Shown here in pieces: positions 42,623 through 52,308 of a stretch of DNA of 64,000 nt. Below the pieces are notes generated by a model, which did no database searches, had not been told where the DNA came from, and worked only from the letters and a program-made list of their open reading frames with translations. The translations under genes were made by a program, and so were the position numbers. The number at the start of each line of letters is the position of its first letter. Position 1 is the stretch's first letter. The DNA comes from a virus: positions 1-64,000 of the IMG/VR virus record IMGVR_UViG_3300042557_001775. The stretch is one strand, 5' to 3'.

Positions 42623-43086
42623 ATGGCGCTCAATTGCGAGGCGGCTTCCTGCGAAGCAGCTTCGTAAGTCACGGGCGGTTCGGGCCAATCGCTGCGGGGA
42701 TCTGGGCTAACCGACGAGGCCAACAGAATTCCCTCAAGCCACTGCTTCATCGCCGTCATGGCGGGACCGAGAGTCTGGCCGCTCGTCACAAGAGCCATCT
42801 CAAGACGTTGCAACCCGATGACTTGGAGACTCGTCAGGAATCGGGAAGTCCACTGCTCTGCGGTATAGGTGAGATCGGTGACGGTCCAAGTGCGCGTCAC
42901 GGTTTGCGCTTCGACATCTACGACATCCGATTGATTCAAGACTTGGGTTTCGGGGTTGTAGGCAGGCGGTTCGCTTTCCACCACAGTCATCTCCAAAAGC
43001 TCTGGAGCAAGGCCGACAATCGGCTCCTCATCAATGCGCGGCCACGGAAGGACTTGTTCTGTTTGGGTGTTGTAGAGAAGTTTCAT
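42619..43086 (-). CDS. Tail-fibre assembly/chaperone-like protein (155 aa)
   Basis: PPAYNPETQ...TWTV and WP.PP patterns; follows the fibre genes. Confidence 0.6.
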   Translation of the reverse strand: MKLLYNTQTEQVLPWPRIDEEPIVGLAPELLEMTVVESEPPAYNPETQVLNQSDVVDVEAQTVTRTWTVTDLTYTAEQWTSRFLTSLQVIGLQRLEMALVTSGQTLGPAMTAMKQWLEGILLASSVSPDPRSDWPEPPVTYEAASQEAASQLSAI

Positions 43087-43088
43087 AC

Positions 43089-43604
43089 TTAGAATATTAC
43101 GCTGACATTAGAAAGTGCAGGGCTTTGGGCTGCGGCTCCTTTCCAAAAGTTTATACGAACTACATGACCCGCAGGCACGTTGGACGCTGTAAGCGTGACG
43201 GTCTGTGGTGTGTTGATTGCAGTCCCCGCACCAGCAATTTGCTGCCCAAGAGTTCTGTTAAAGACATTAGCACCCATGGCCCACGCGTTTGCATTAAATG
43301 GACTTGAGGCGCTAAATGTGAGAATGAAATCAGACGTTGCAGGCATTGTGAAATCTCGGAAAAACGGCAATGTCCCCCCTGCTTCTACTGGTGAACGTGT
43401 AAGGCCCTGAAGATTTGCGTAATAGACGCCATTCAACAAACGCACCAAGAAATCGTTTGTAGACACATTTACAAATGTGCGCCAGCCAAAAGGCACCGCC
43501 CTGCCCCACCAATTCGCAACATTGCTTGTCATGCCAGTAACATTTGAAAAGTCACCGTTTACGTCTTCAGCGAAGGCATACGGATTGATTACAAAAGCAC
43601 TCAC
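43089..43604 (-). CDS. Beta-rich virion accessory protein (171 aa)
   Basis: VINPYAF N-terminal motif; lower GC content. Confidence 0.65.
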   Translation of the reverse strand: MSAFVINPYAFAEDVNGDFSNVTGMTSNVANWWGRAVPFGWRTFVNVSTNDFLVRLLNGVYYANLQGLTRSPVEAGGTLPFFRDFTMPATSDFILTFSASSPFNANAWAMGANVFNRTLGQQIAGAGTAINTPQTVTLTASNVPAGHVVRINFWKGAAAQSPALSNVSVIF

Positions 43605-44992
43605 AGCCTTGTCCCTCTGAGAATAACTTTGAGTCCAGCGCCAGCTACCAAGGAACCGGGTTGGTCGATGTCGATGGTGATTTCGCGGTTGGCGGGAAAT
43701 ACGTTATAAAAATCGCTGATCGACGATGCTCCTGTCCGGATCACAGCAGCAGGCGACGAAGTCGCGCTGGATCGTTGATTGGGGCTGATGTGCAGCTTCG
43801 TAGACAGCACGGAGAAGTCGCTGAGACCGCCAGTAAGACCCGGTTGATTAATGTCTACTACAAGCGCGGAACCAGTTGGCGCGACAGTGACTGACGCCGC
43901 AACAGACGTGAGGCGAAAACTAACGGGGGCACGGAAAGTCACTTTTGTTCCGGCAGTTAGCGCAGACGTCTCGTCGGAACAGGCGATGACGAATTCGATA
44001 GCTGCGCCGACAAGATCGTAAGTCGGAACTAATAGGCTGTCTCGCGTATTCTTTTTGATATCGATGCTGAACGCATTGTTAAAAGTAATACCAAAGGACG
44101 TGACTTCCACGTAGTTCGGGCTTTCTCCGTCTCCGACTACTACATATTCGGTTTCTACACGGGCGGTCTTTACAGTTTGCGGTGTTGGAATATTGGCAAT
44201 GTCCCGCCCATCAATATTCAGCCGGTTGCCCGGCCCCAAATCCTGCCAATATACCGCATCGGTTACAGGTATAGATTCATTGTCGAATTTCGCCCGATAA
44301 ATCCGCCCTCCTGAATGCACTACATCCCCCGCAAGGTAGCGGGTTCCGTCAACAAGTGTATGGTTAGCGGTCCACGGAACGGCGGCGTTGAAATAGAGGT
44401 CGTCGTGATTGTGGGCAGAAGGCGGAAGCGAGGAGGGTTTATTTAGGATCTCCGCATCGCCACTCGTTGCGTTCCAGTCGGCTTTGACTTGCGGAGATGC
44501 CTCCACATAGGTAGATGACGACGGCACCCAGACATAGATTTTGGATGTGTCCAGAGCCGTATAGACGCGATTCACCTCACCCGGGGTGGGGAAAGCTCCC
44601 CTATTGGCAAACGATGGAAAGAAATTCAGGTGCGTTCTAGCGGCAGCAAGGCTAGACGTTAGCAAGGTACGCCCCGAGCCGGTGGCATCTGAAATTGCAC
44701 TAGCGGGGTGATCGTGCGCGCTGGGCGTAAACGTAGAAGGCTTATTAGCTAGGGTATCCCAATCTGCTACGCTTTGCTTTTCCACGAAGTTCTCGTTCGC
44801 GACGCCGTCTTTGAACCAATACTCCACGATAGAGTTGCCACTTTTAATACCGACGGTTAAGCCCTGATAACGAAAGCCGGATGTGAGGTCAGCCAGCGCG
44901 AGCGCGACAGTATCGTAAGGACCGTATTTGGCGTCCAGAGCGGTTGGCGCTCCAATCAGAACGCCTGTTGCAAGTGTGATTCCAGATGGCAT
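43601..44992 (-). CDS. Fibre-like structural protein (463 aa)
   Basis: WDTLANKPSTFTPSAHDH and ILNKPSSLPPSAHNH repeats; carbohydrate-binding-like Y.AGDVV.SGG.IY.A segment. Confidence 0.75.
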   Translation of the reverse strand: MPSGITLATGVLIGAPTALDAKYGPYDTVALALADLTSGFRYQGLTVGIKSGNSIVEYWFKDGVANENFVEKQSVADWDTLANKPSTFTPSAHDHPASAISDATGSGRTLLTSSLAAARTHLNFFPSFANRGAFPTPGEVNRVYTALDTSKIYVWVPSSSTYVEASPQVKADWNATSGDAEILNKPSSLPPSAHNHDDLYFNAAVPWTANHTLVDGTRYLAGDVVHSGGRIYRAKFDNESIPVTDAVYWQDLGPGNRLNIDGRDIANIPTPQTVKTARVETEYVVVGDGESPNYVEVTSFGITFNNAFSIDIKKNTRDSLLVPTYDLVGAAIEFVIACSDETSALTAGTKVTFRAPVSFRLTSVAASVTVAPTGSALVVDINQPGLTGGLSDFSVLSTKLHISPNQRSSATSSPAAVIRTGASSISDFYNVFPANREITIDIDQPGSLVAGAGLKVILRGTRL

Positions 44993-46182
44993 TAGAGCGT
45001 GTTCCTCAGTTCTAAAGTTGTGGCCGAGTCAGTCTGCGGATTTTTGCTTACGAGCACCTTAAAATTGCGCGTCCAACGCGGCGATGTTGACGCCTGAGCA
45101 ACGTTATTTTGGGTCTCTTCAGTCTTAAATGGTCCGGTAATCGAACCGCTGTTAAGGGCCGACACGAAAAAAGCAGTCTTGCTAGTTAGGGCAGAGTCGT
45201 GCGCTACGCCTACAAACTGGTTGCTCACGTTGTAGGGGACAGACAGGGTGCCGCCAGCATCCGCCACCACCTTCGCAATAGTTGCGGAAGCGTGAATGTT
45301 TATAGCGGTTCCAGAGGTGCCGTTACCAAGAGCCGTGATCGCAGCTCCAAACTGAGCCGCAGTAAACGTCACAGGAGACTTGATGTAGTACCAAGGATAG
45401 ACTCCCATGACTCCCAGAAAACCTGTGGAGGCCACCTCCGTACCGGCATAACGCCAGCCGTCCAAATTGGTGCTGATTGCTCCCTTGTTGTCGAAGTATG
45501 CTCCTGTTCCGGCAGTGTATGGCAACGAGACCAGCCACTCATTGTTGTATTGTTCCACGGGAATAACGCCCAAGTTATTGTTGTTGGTCGTTGTTGTGAG
45601 CCCCGTTCCTGTGAATTCAGGAGTTCCCGCCGCGCCGACTACTTCGGGACCTAGAGAGCCGTCACCGTTTGTGATGCGGCCACGATTGAAAGTTACTGTA
45701 AGAGTTCTTTGCACTGGCGTTCCGACCTCTTGCACTCCGGTGAGCCCACTGACTGACAACGTCAAAGACGGAACGTTTTCATCTCGTATCCATGGAAGGA
45801 CTGTCGGGAAAAGAATTTTGTCTAGCGCTTGCACTATAGTCCGAGATTTCCAAGTGCTGGCCGGTTCTGGGGTTGCTCCGCCCACAAGAGTATTAAAAGT
45901 ATGGTCAGGAATCGCGCTTGAATACAAACTGCCCGCCTTGCCGTCCAACGCCGTTTGTAAATCCGAAACCTCGCTGATCAGGTGACTATGCGCGCTGGGA
46001 TCGAACGTTGTCGGCTTTCCCGTAATTTGGCTCCACTCGCTTACGCCCGGATCGCCTTTGACCCCTTGAGGCCCAACCGCTCCCGCAGGCCCAACCGGCC
46101 CAATCGCTCCTTGAGGCCCGACTCCTTCAATAACTTCGATGACCTCTTTCGGAGCCTCGATGATCTCAATTACCTCGGCCAT
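44992..46182 (-). CDS. Collagen-repeat fibre-like protein
   Basis: GPQGAIGPVGPAGAVGPQGVKGDPG and WSQITGKP...HSH motifs; start set at the TAATG overlap. Confidence 0.75.
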   Translation of the reverse strand: MAEVIEIIEAPKEVIEVIEGVGPQGAIGPVGPAGAVGPQGVKGDPGVSEWSQITGKPTTFDPSAHSHLISEVSDLQTALDGKAGSLYSSAIPDHTFNTLVGGATPEPASTWKSRTIVQALDKILFPTVLPWIRDENVPSLTLSVSGLTGVQEVGTPVQRTLTVTFNRGRITNGDGSLGPEVVGAAGTPEFTGTGLTTTTNNNNLGVIPVEQYNNEWLVSLPYTAGTGAYFDNKGAISTNLDGWRYAGTEVASTGFLGVMGVYPWYYIKSPVTFTAAQFGAAITALGNGTSGTAINIHASATIAKVVADAGGTLSVPYNVSNQFVGVAHDSALTSKTAFFVSALNSGSITGPFKTEETQNNVAQASTSPRWTRNFKVLVSKNPQTDSATTLELRNTL

Positions 46183-46517
46183 TAGCGCGTTACCTCCGGG
46201 GTGCAAACCGCCACGCCTTCGATTAAGCGCGTGACTTCGCTGTTTAAGACAAGCTCTAGGTCATAGACGTATCGGCCCGCAGGAAGGGCCTGCGTTTGTG
46301 CTTCGGTAAGCGACACCTTAATTGTCCCGGCCGTTCCTCCCAGAGTGATTCCCGACGTGTGCGTCAATGAAATTGCTGCGGTCGGAGCGTCGTAGCTGGT
46401 CCGGAGCTGCATACGCGCAGACGCCCCTGTCAAATTCACGGGGGCGCTGCCGCGCTTGTAGACAAGATCCAACGACCAAGTCGTGCCTTGCGGAATTGTG
46501 ATGTCGTGGGAGACCAT
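46182..46517 (-). CDS. BppU-like small virion protein (111 aa)
   Basis: I.QG.T...NLTG..ARMQ.R...YVYDLEL...RLIEG....PEVTR pattern. Confidence 0.7.
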   Translation of the reverse strand: MVSHDITIPQGTTWSLDLVYKRGSAPVNLTGASARMQLRTSYDAPTAAISLTHTSGITLGGTAGTIKVSLTEAQTQALPAGRYVYDLELVLNSEVTRLIEGVAVCTPEVTR

Positions 46518-46531
46518 CCGCTAATATACAC

Positions 46532-47761
46532 CTACGCGCCCATGCCCGCCTTCACCGCGTCGAGAAAGTCCTCGTAGTCGGCTCCGCCTTCAGGAGAAAC
46601 CGCAGGAGACGTTCCGCCGCCCGCGCCAGGGGTCGTGGCTGTGTATTTCTCCAGCGCAGACGACACCTCTTGATATTTCTCAAAAAGATTCGTGAGCTGC
46701 GTGTAAAGGAACGGCGCCGCTGCCGCCCGAAGCGCGAAGTCAGCGCGTTGCGGGATTTCTAGGCGGTCGATATCGACGGATCGCGCAGTCTGCACGACGT
46801 TGTCGATCGCTCCGTTCCACGCGTCGTCCCCTTCCCGCTTGCGGAAAAGAGGAACGTTGTCCTCGACCGCTTTCCACACCGCGTCGATTGACGCGTTGTA
46901 GGTGCGGCCCATTTCCTCTTGGGTCTTGGCGGCTTGCGCCTGACGATGCTCTTCGAGCTTCTGATTGGCGAGCTTGGCGTTGTTGGAAATCCGAGTGCGG
47001 ATTCCTTGAACTTTTTGATATTCCTCGGCCAGCTCGTACAGACGAAAGCGGTCGCGGTCGTTCATGCTCGACGCAATGTCCACCAGCAACTCGGTCTGGC
47101 GCTCAGAGTCCGATTCAGCAAAAGCCGTGCGAAGATCCGCCTCACGGACTTCATACTTCTTCGCCATTGCGGAGATTGTGCCGTCGATTCGCCGCAACGG
47201 CTCGACCACGGCCTCTTTGTATTCCTGGGTGGCTTCGACCCGAGCAATTTCCAGCTCACGTTCCTGCGCGTCAATGCGCTCCCGCATTGCTTTCAGTTCG
47301 GTCGGATCGGCTTCCCGGGGCTTGGATTCCAACGCAGCAAGCTTGGCTTCGAGTTCTTGGCGACGCGTCCGCTCTTCTTTCAGCGCACGGCGTTGCTCCG
47401 CCCACTTGGTTTTGGCGCTAGGCGTAGGCGCAATATCGTCGCCCGGAAGTTCTCCTAGCTCGTCGTCTTTCGGAGTCGGAGCGGCCGGCTCATCTTTCTT
47501 ACCTTTGAGCGCGGCGACCAACGAATCCGCCGAAGGTCCCTTAATCTCGGGAGCCTTAACCGCCTCGGCCGTCGGAGCCGGGGGCGTTGATGCCGGTGCG
47601 GCAGGAGTATCCGCTGCGGTTTCGGTCGCGGGGCTCTCGAAGGCTTCGCGCATAGCGCGCGCTGCATCGAAACTGAATGAACCGCCCGCCTCATCAGGCG
47701 ACGGAGTGTTGTCGGCCGGAGCCGGAGCAGTGGTTTGGTTGTCCATAAAATTATTCTTCAA
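46532..47761 (-). CDS. Capsid scaffolding protein (putative)
   Basis: Acidic Pro/Ala-rich N-terminus, long coiled coil and short amphipathic C-terminal helix; lies between portal and capsid genes. Confidence 0.7.
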   Translation of the reverse strand: MKNNFMDNQTTAPAPADNTPSPDEAGGSFSFDAARAMREAFESPATETAADTPAAPASTPPAPTAEAVKAPEIKGPSADSLVAALKGKKDEPAAPTPKDDELGELPGDDIAPTPSAKTKWAEQRRALKEERTRRQELEAKLAALESKPREADPTELKAMRERIDAQERELEIARVEATQEYKEAVVEPLRRIDGTISAMAKKYEVREADLRTAFAESDSERQTELLVDIASSMNDRDRFRLYELAEEYQKVQGIRTRISNNAKLANQKLEEHRQAQAAKTQEEMGRTYNASIDAVWKAVEDNVPLFRKREGDDAWNGAIDNVVQTARSVDIDRLEIPQRADFALRAAAAPFLYTQLTNLFEKYQEVSSALEKYTATTPGAGGGTSPAVSPEGGADYEDFLDAVKAGMGA

Positions 47762-48032
47762 CGAGTGACGGCATCAGATCTCGGGCCGACGGGGCTAGTC
47801 GGGCGGGCATCGCGAGTCGCTCAAGCGAGCGAAGCGCATGGAAGTAGCCTTCGCGCCGAGCGTTCTGCATGGCGTTCCATTCCATAAAATTCAATCCGGG
47901 AGGAGTGGGCATCTCAAGCGGCTCGCCCAATTCCTTGAGGACGTCGATAGCCCGTTGAACGTGCGGTTCTTGTAGAGTCTGCGCCAGCGCGGGGCGGAAC
48001 AGCTCGTTTTTGCGATATTCTTCGGCGGTCAT
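47751..48032 (-). CDS. Conserved small head-module protein (93 aa)
   Basis: Start MTAEEY at the ATGA overlap with the endolysin stop. Confidence 0.7.
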   Translation of the reverse strand: MTAEEYRKNELFRPALAQTLQEPHVQRAIDVLKELGEPLEMPTPPGLNFMEWNAMQNARREGYFHALRSLERLAMPARLAPSARDLMPSLVEE

Positions 48033-48610
48033 TGAGTGGCTTGAAAGTGCATGGCATCCCGGGACCAGAACGCTCCGGCGGAAAGCCAACCTTCGCGGGC
48101 AAAGATTTCCATTACGTCGAAAGGCATCCGCGACTTGGTCGGCCAATGCGTAAGGTTTCCATTTCGATTGGCGTCGAAGTCTACAGCAGCGGCACGGGCA
48201 TGAAGGCTCGGCAAGCTGCCGCCGCGCATCGAGCGGTTAGCGAAAGCTCCGAAGAAACGATTCACTCCCGCTTCCGTCCTAGATTCGTCGGTCGTGTAGC
48301 GCTCCCCGAGAGCCTTGAGGATTCGCTCAAAGCTCGGCGCGAGCTTTTCGTGAACGGCAATCGTCTTCACAGTCGAGGGGCCGTTGTACAAAAACATCTT
48401 GTACGGCACCGGAACCGGCTCCAGCGGAACGTGTCCGGGACGCCCGTAAAAGTTAGTCAGCGCCGCTTGCGTAGTCTTAGGCCAAGGCTTTGATGCCGGC
48501 ATCAGCCCGCGAAGATGCCGCTGGGCGGCCGCGACGGACTTGGGTCCCCAAAAGCCGTCAGGCTCAGTCCCGACGGTTTCTTGGATAATTTTGATCTGCG
48601 TTTGGTTCAC
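48029..48610 (-). CDS. Endolysin, M15 peptidase family with N-terminal peptidoglycan-binding motif
   Basis: DGFWGPKS, SLHARAAAVD (SxHxxxxAxD) and DAMHFQ motifs. Confidence 0.88.
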   Translation of the reverse strand: MNQTQIKIIQETVGTEPDGFWGPKSVAAAQRHLRGLMPASKPWPKTTQAALTNFYGRPGHVPLEPVPVPYKMFLYNGPSTVKTIAVHEKLAPSFERILKALGERYTTDESRTEAGVNRFFGAFANRSMRGGSLPSLHARAAAVDFDANRNGNLTHWPTKSRMPFDVMEIFAREGWLSAGAFWSRDAMHFQATQ

Positions 48611-48753
48611 CGGGTCGGCTTGACTACGCTTTTTCCTGTCGGCTCTACCGACACAGTCACTCGCTGGTTAACAAAGTCGTAACCAAACCCAATCTTCGGG
48701 GTCACACATCCCGCGAGTAGGACCCCGCAAACGAGGATAAAAGCCCGTCTCAC
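48607..48753 (-). CDS. Small lipoprotein, spanin-like candidate (48 aa)
   Basis: GTG start overlapping the upstream stop; MRRAFILVCGVLLAG/C lipobox; not in the ORF track. Confidence 0.6.
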   Translation of the reverse strand: MRRAFILVCGVLLAGCVTPKIGFGYDFVNQRVTVSVEPTGKSVVKPTR

Positions 48754-48926
48754 TTGCGCGAAAACTTAGCGATCACGTTGACGATCGCGCGCAGGGTTTT
48801 CTCCGGCTGCTCGCCCGGAATTAACTCAAAGACGGCAATCAGCCCGACCATAACGGTGGTCAGGGCGCCAATGATTTCGAGCCAGTTCAGGCCGGAGACA
48901 AGAGTAAGGATTTCAGTGAGATTCAT
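48750..48926 (-). CDS. Holin-like membrane protein (58 aa)
   Basis: MNLTEILTLVSGLNWLEIIGALTTVMVGLIAVFELIPGEQPEK...FSRK; located in the lysis cluster. Confidence 0.65.
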   Translation of the reverse strand: MNLTEILTLVSGLNWLEIIGALTTVMVGLIAVFELIPGEQPEKTLRAIVNVIAKFSRK

Positions 48927-48948
48927 ACATTTTGCGGTGTTCAGGTTA

Positions 48949-49191
48949 TTACCTATTCATCAGATGTCGGAAGCTGTCAAATACCCAAGCGGACATTGCC
49001 GCTATGGCGGCGGCGACCCCGTAAATGGAGGACTTTGCCGTCTCCAGGTGCTTCAACCTTTCGTCGTGCTTATCGAAGACTTTGCCGAACCTCTCTTGGT
49101 TGTCCAAAATAAGGTCTACCTTAGTCTCCAGCCGCACGAGCCGCTGAGCGTCTAGGAAGTGGTCTGATTCTTTGCCGGCCATTTCATTCAT
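48949..49191 (-). CDS. Coiled-coil plus C-terminal TM protein (holin/XhlA-like)
   Basis: RLVRLETKVD...RLKHLE followed by a hydrophobic helix. Confidence 0.7.
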   Translation of the reverse strand: MNEMAGKESDHFLDAQRLVRLETKVDLILDNQERFGKVFDKHDERLKHLETAKSSIYGVAAAIAAMSAWVFDSFRHLMNR

Positions 49192-49218
49192 AATAAACGC
49201 GGTTCACAACCGGTGCAA

Positions 49219-52200
49219 CTAGACGAATGTCGGGTCGATGACTTGCCAGCCACGGTTGATTGCTTGCGTTTTACTGCTGTTGTACGTCGTGGTGTCTCCG
49301 GCGGTCGCGATAGTGCCGCTGAAATCCACAACATTGGAGTCTCCGGGTAGGCTCGAGGGGAAAGACCAAGTGCCCAGCGTCCTCAGAATTCCAGCCAGAA
49401 CCGTGACGCTGACGGCGCCCACGCTTTTTACCTGTACCCCGCTTCGACAGACAACTCCGACAGGAAACTGCGTCGCGAAGAAATCATAAAACACGCTGCT
49501 ACCGAGAGAAGCTACATTTTCGACCGTAATCTCCTCCATCACAGAAACTCCAGAGTTATCTTTCCGTATCGGAGCTATAGCCAGCGTCAAAGCGCCGGCA
49601 TTGCGTACCCGCAACGATGACATGTGTCCGCTGTAGCCGCGCCACGAGCCGTCAGAAAATGGCACCGCGTTAAAGAGTGTTCCGGTAACCGCGCTGTTGG
49701 ACGAGAACTTCGAGAGTAATGGCGCCCCTCTAAAATCTGCCGTAGTTAGAAGGGGGCAGTTGTCCAAATAGACCTCACTCAAATGCGTCCACTGGTCACC
49801 CTCGTAGATAGCCATCTGCCCGCCGGTCAGCCCGTCTCCAGCAAATGGCTGTCCATTTATAGAGAGTACATCGCCGTCAAAAATAAGCGGGGCGTCCCCG
49901 CCAGTCGGCTGCCATTTAGTGATGTCCGACACCCGATCAATGATCGACCATGAAGAAGATGCCGAAGTGGAAGTATCTCGTTTTGCTTTATGGATGAGAT
50001 AAGGTCGGCCGTTTACTGGATACCGGCCCCCAGCGACGGCCCCCCCGAAAAACGTTAAATTCCGAAATACCACCACCGAGTTTTGCTTCAAACCGGACGT
50101 CAAATTAGCTTGTGTAAACTGATCAATATTAATGGCTTGAAAACCAAGACCTCCTTTCCGTACCTCGATCCATTGACTACTTGATACGAATGAGCGTGAA
50201 ACGGCGGCAGAAGTAACCGATTGCAACACCGCGTTGTCGCGTAAATCTAACAGCCGAATCGACCGGCGCCCGGCGCTTGGAAAACTCGCTAACTGCGTGT
50301 TTCTTGCATACAGTTTCTGAACTCCGGTAATGTGCCGAAATTCCATCGGCAGGTTAGAGCCGTACGTACTATAAAACTGCCACCACTCACCGGTAATAGG
50401 GTCGCCGTCAGTATCAGCTTCCGGGTCGTAATCATAGGTGCGGTTTCCGAAGTACGTTTTGGTTGTGTTTGCGGGGAGCACAAGCGACGTCAGCGGATTA
50501 TCCGACACGTCAAGCTCTAGCAAAGGCGCGCCATACTGCACGTCGATTGTCTGTAAGTTGTTTCCGGATAAATCCAGTCGGAACAGCCGGTAGCCAGTAG
50601 ATTGATCCGCTGGTAGAGGCAGCACGAAAGCCGGACCCAAATTATTGTCCGCGAGTTTAAGTATCTCAGTTTTACTTTCAATGCCGGTGCCTCCCAAATC
50701 AAAGGAGGTCAATAAGTTATTGCTTACATCGATTTCCCTAGGACGATAGCCGCCGAACACTCCTCCAGGAAACGCCAAAGACGTAAGTCCTTGGGTAGCG
50801 GAATCAGGGTATTGATTTGAAAGATTGAGTACGTCGCTCGGAAAGAAGTGAGTGAACGTGGCAGTGTTTATTTTATTGTTTGCTGCTTTGTACGACTCTT
50901 CTATTCCATAATTACTGAAGGTCGCTGCGGTTAGCTGATTAAACGAAAGGTCTACGCGTCGCAGATATCTCGTGGTCGGCGGTGTCGAGCCAAAGGTCGT
51001 CCCATACAGACTAGGTCGCCGTTGGGATATCATCGACAAGTCGATGCCGCATCTATCTACCTTAAAGGTCGCGTCCGTCAGGAAGTTTGATTGAACGTCT
51101 AGGTCTATAAGATCCGCGCAATCCTCAATATTAAGATACGTTAGCCGATTAAACGATAAGTCCAATATGTAAATTGGGGTGTTCGGCGCTGAAAACTCGC
51201 TTAAGCCTAAATTGCTCAGCATTAAATGGCGTTTGACTTCGGTCACCATCCCGACGCGCGCGAGCAAAGGATTGTTCGGGGTGTTCCGGTAAAGCCAGCG
51301 CTCAGTTACGGGTCGCCCAAAAAAGTCGGTTCGAAGCTCTGACGCCAGCGCAGGGACGCCGACGGGATCATTGTTCTCGGCCAACGCAATCTCGAGATAT
51401 TGCCTAGTACCAACATAATACGTCCCCTCGACGCCAGCCAGAGTAAACTTCATTCCGATAACTGGATCATCCGGCGGCGGCCACGTGTTTGGAATTCGCG
51501 TAAAATCAATGACTGTCGGCCTTACAGTCAAATATTGTCGGAAAGTACCCCAGTTCTGCGAAATATTTACTGTGTAGGTGCCGTTGCCGCCCGTGCCGGT
51601 TCCTAGCGCGGTGATACGGGTGTCTTTCACTAGCTTGTTACCAAAGTAAGTCCCTACAGGTAGCTCCACCCCGTCGGTTATGTTCATCCCGACTTGAAGA
51701 GGCACTGAGCCCGGTTCGTTTACAACATCGTCTACTGTCAGGGTTGTGCCGTTTATGTTTGCGCGAAACCGAGGAGGACGCGCAGTAACTACTGGGTTAC
51801 CGAAATCGAAGTCAGGGTGCGGCAGCCAAAAGATCGGGTATTCTCCAAATGTTCCGACTGACTTCAAAGAACAATAAGGGTACGTGAAATTACACAGTGG
51901 ATGCTGGCATCTAAGAACCGACGCCGCGCCTTCGCAGAACTCAGGCTGATTCTGCACCGCAAGTAACGCGTAAAGTGCGTCTTTTTTTGTACCCAAAACA
52001 GCTTTGAAGCCTGAGTCTGCCTCCGTCCACCCTTCGACAATAGACTCGAAGATGTCGCCCGGAAAAGCATCGGTTCGTTGCGGTAGGTTAAAGTATATTC
52101 GTCTGCCCGTTGGAAAAAACACGCGGTTTGTCGCTTCGTCGTACGTGTATTCCGAAAACTGTTCGTCCAACGTCGCCCCCGACTGGCCGAACGCCCCTTC

Positions 52201-52308
52201 CCAATTTGGGATTTCTTTAATTGCGCCGAACGCGGGGTCCAACACAAAATACGTATCGTCGCGAAAAACGCTTTGCCTTCCTTTGACGCTGCCTCGTATC
52301 GCAAACAT
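49219..52308 (-). CDS. Leucine-rich-repeat protein with a virion-type beta domain (about 1029 aa)
   Basis: Repeated LxLSxNxL units (LDLSFNRLT, VDLSFNQLT, IDVSNNLLT, LDLSGNNLQ, LDVSDNPLT); INGTTLTV...ITALGTGTGGNGTYTV domain; start set at the TAATG overlap. Confidence 0.8.
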   Translation of the reverse strand: MFAIRGSVKGRQSVFRDDTYFVLDPAFGAIKEIPNWEGAFGQSGATLDEQFSEYTYDEATNRVFFPTGRRIYFNLPQRTDAFPGDIFESIVEGWTEADSGFKAVLGTKKDALYALLAVQNQPEFCEGAASVLRCQHPLCNFTYPYCSLKSVGTFGEYPIFWLPHPDFDFGNPVVTARPPRFRANINGTTLTVDDVVNEPGSVPLQVGMNITDGVELPVGTYFGNKLVKDTRITALGTGTGGNGTYTVNISQNWGTFRQYLTVRPTVIDFTRIPNTWPPPDDPVIGMKFTLAGVEGTYYVGTRQYLEIALAENNDPVGVPALASELRTDFFGRPVTERWLYRNTPNNPLLARVGMVTEVKRHLMLSNLGLSEFSAPNTPIYILDLSFNRLTYLNIEDCADLIDLDVQSNFLTDATFKVDRCGIDLSMISQRRPSLYGTTFGSTPPTTRYLRRVDLSFNQLTAATFSNYGIEESYKAANNKINTATFTHFFPSDVLNLSNQYPDSATQGLTSLAFPGGVFGGYRPREIDVSNNLLTSFDLGGTGIESKTEILKLADNNLGPAFVLPLPADQSTGYRLFRLDLSGNNLQTIDVQYGAPLLELDVSDNPLTSLVLPANTTKTYFGNRTYDYDPEADTDGDPITGEWWQFYSTYGSNLPMEFRHITGVQKLYARNTQLASFPSAGRRSIRLLDLRDNAVLQSVTSAAVSRSFVSSSQWIEVRKGGLGFQAINIDQFTQANLTSGLKQNSVVVFRNLTFFGGAVAGGRYPVNGRPYLIHKAKRDTSTSASSSWSIIDRVSDITKWQPTGGDAPLIFDGDVLSINGQPFAGDGLTGGQMAIYEGDQWTHLSEVYLDNCPLLTTADFRGAPLLSKFSSNSAVTGTLFNAVPFSDGSWRGYSGHMSSLRVRNAGALTLAIAPIRKDNSGVSVMEEITVENVASLGSSVFYDFFATQFPVGVVCRSGVQVKSVGAVSVTVLAGILRTLGTWSFPSSLPGDSNVVDFSGTIATAGDTTTYNSSKTQAINRGWQVIDPTFV

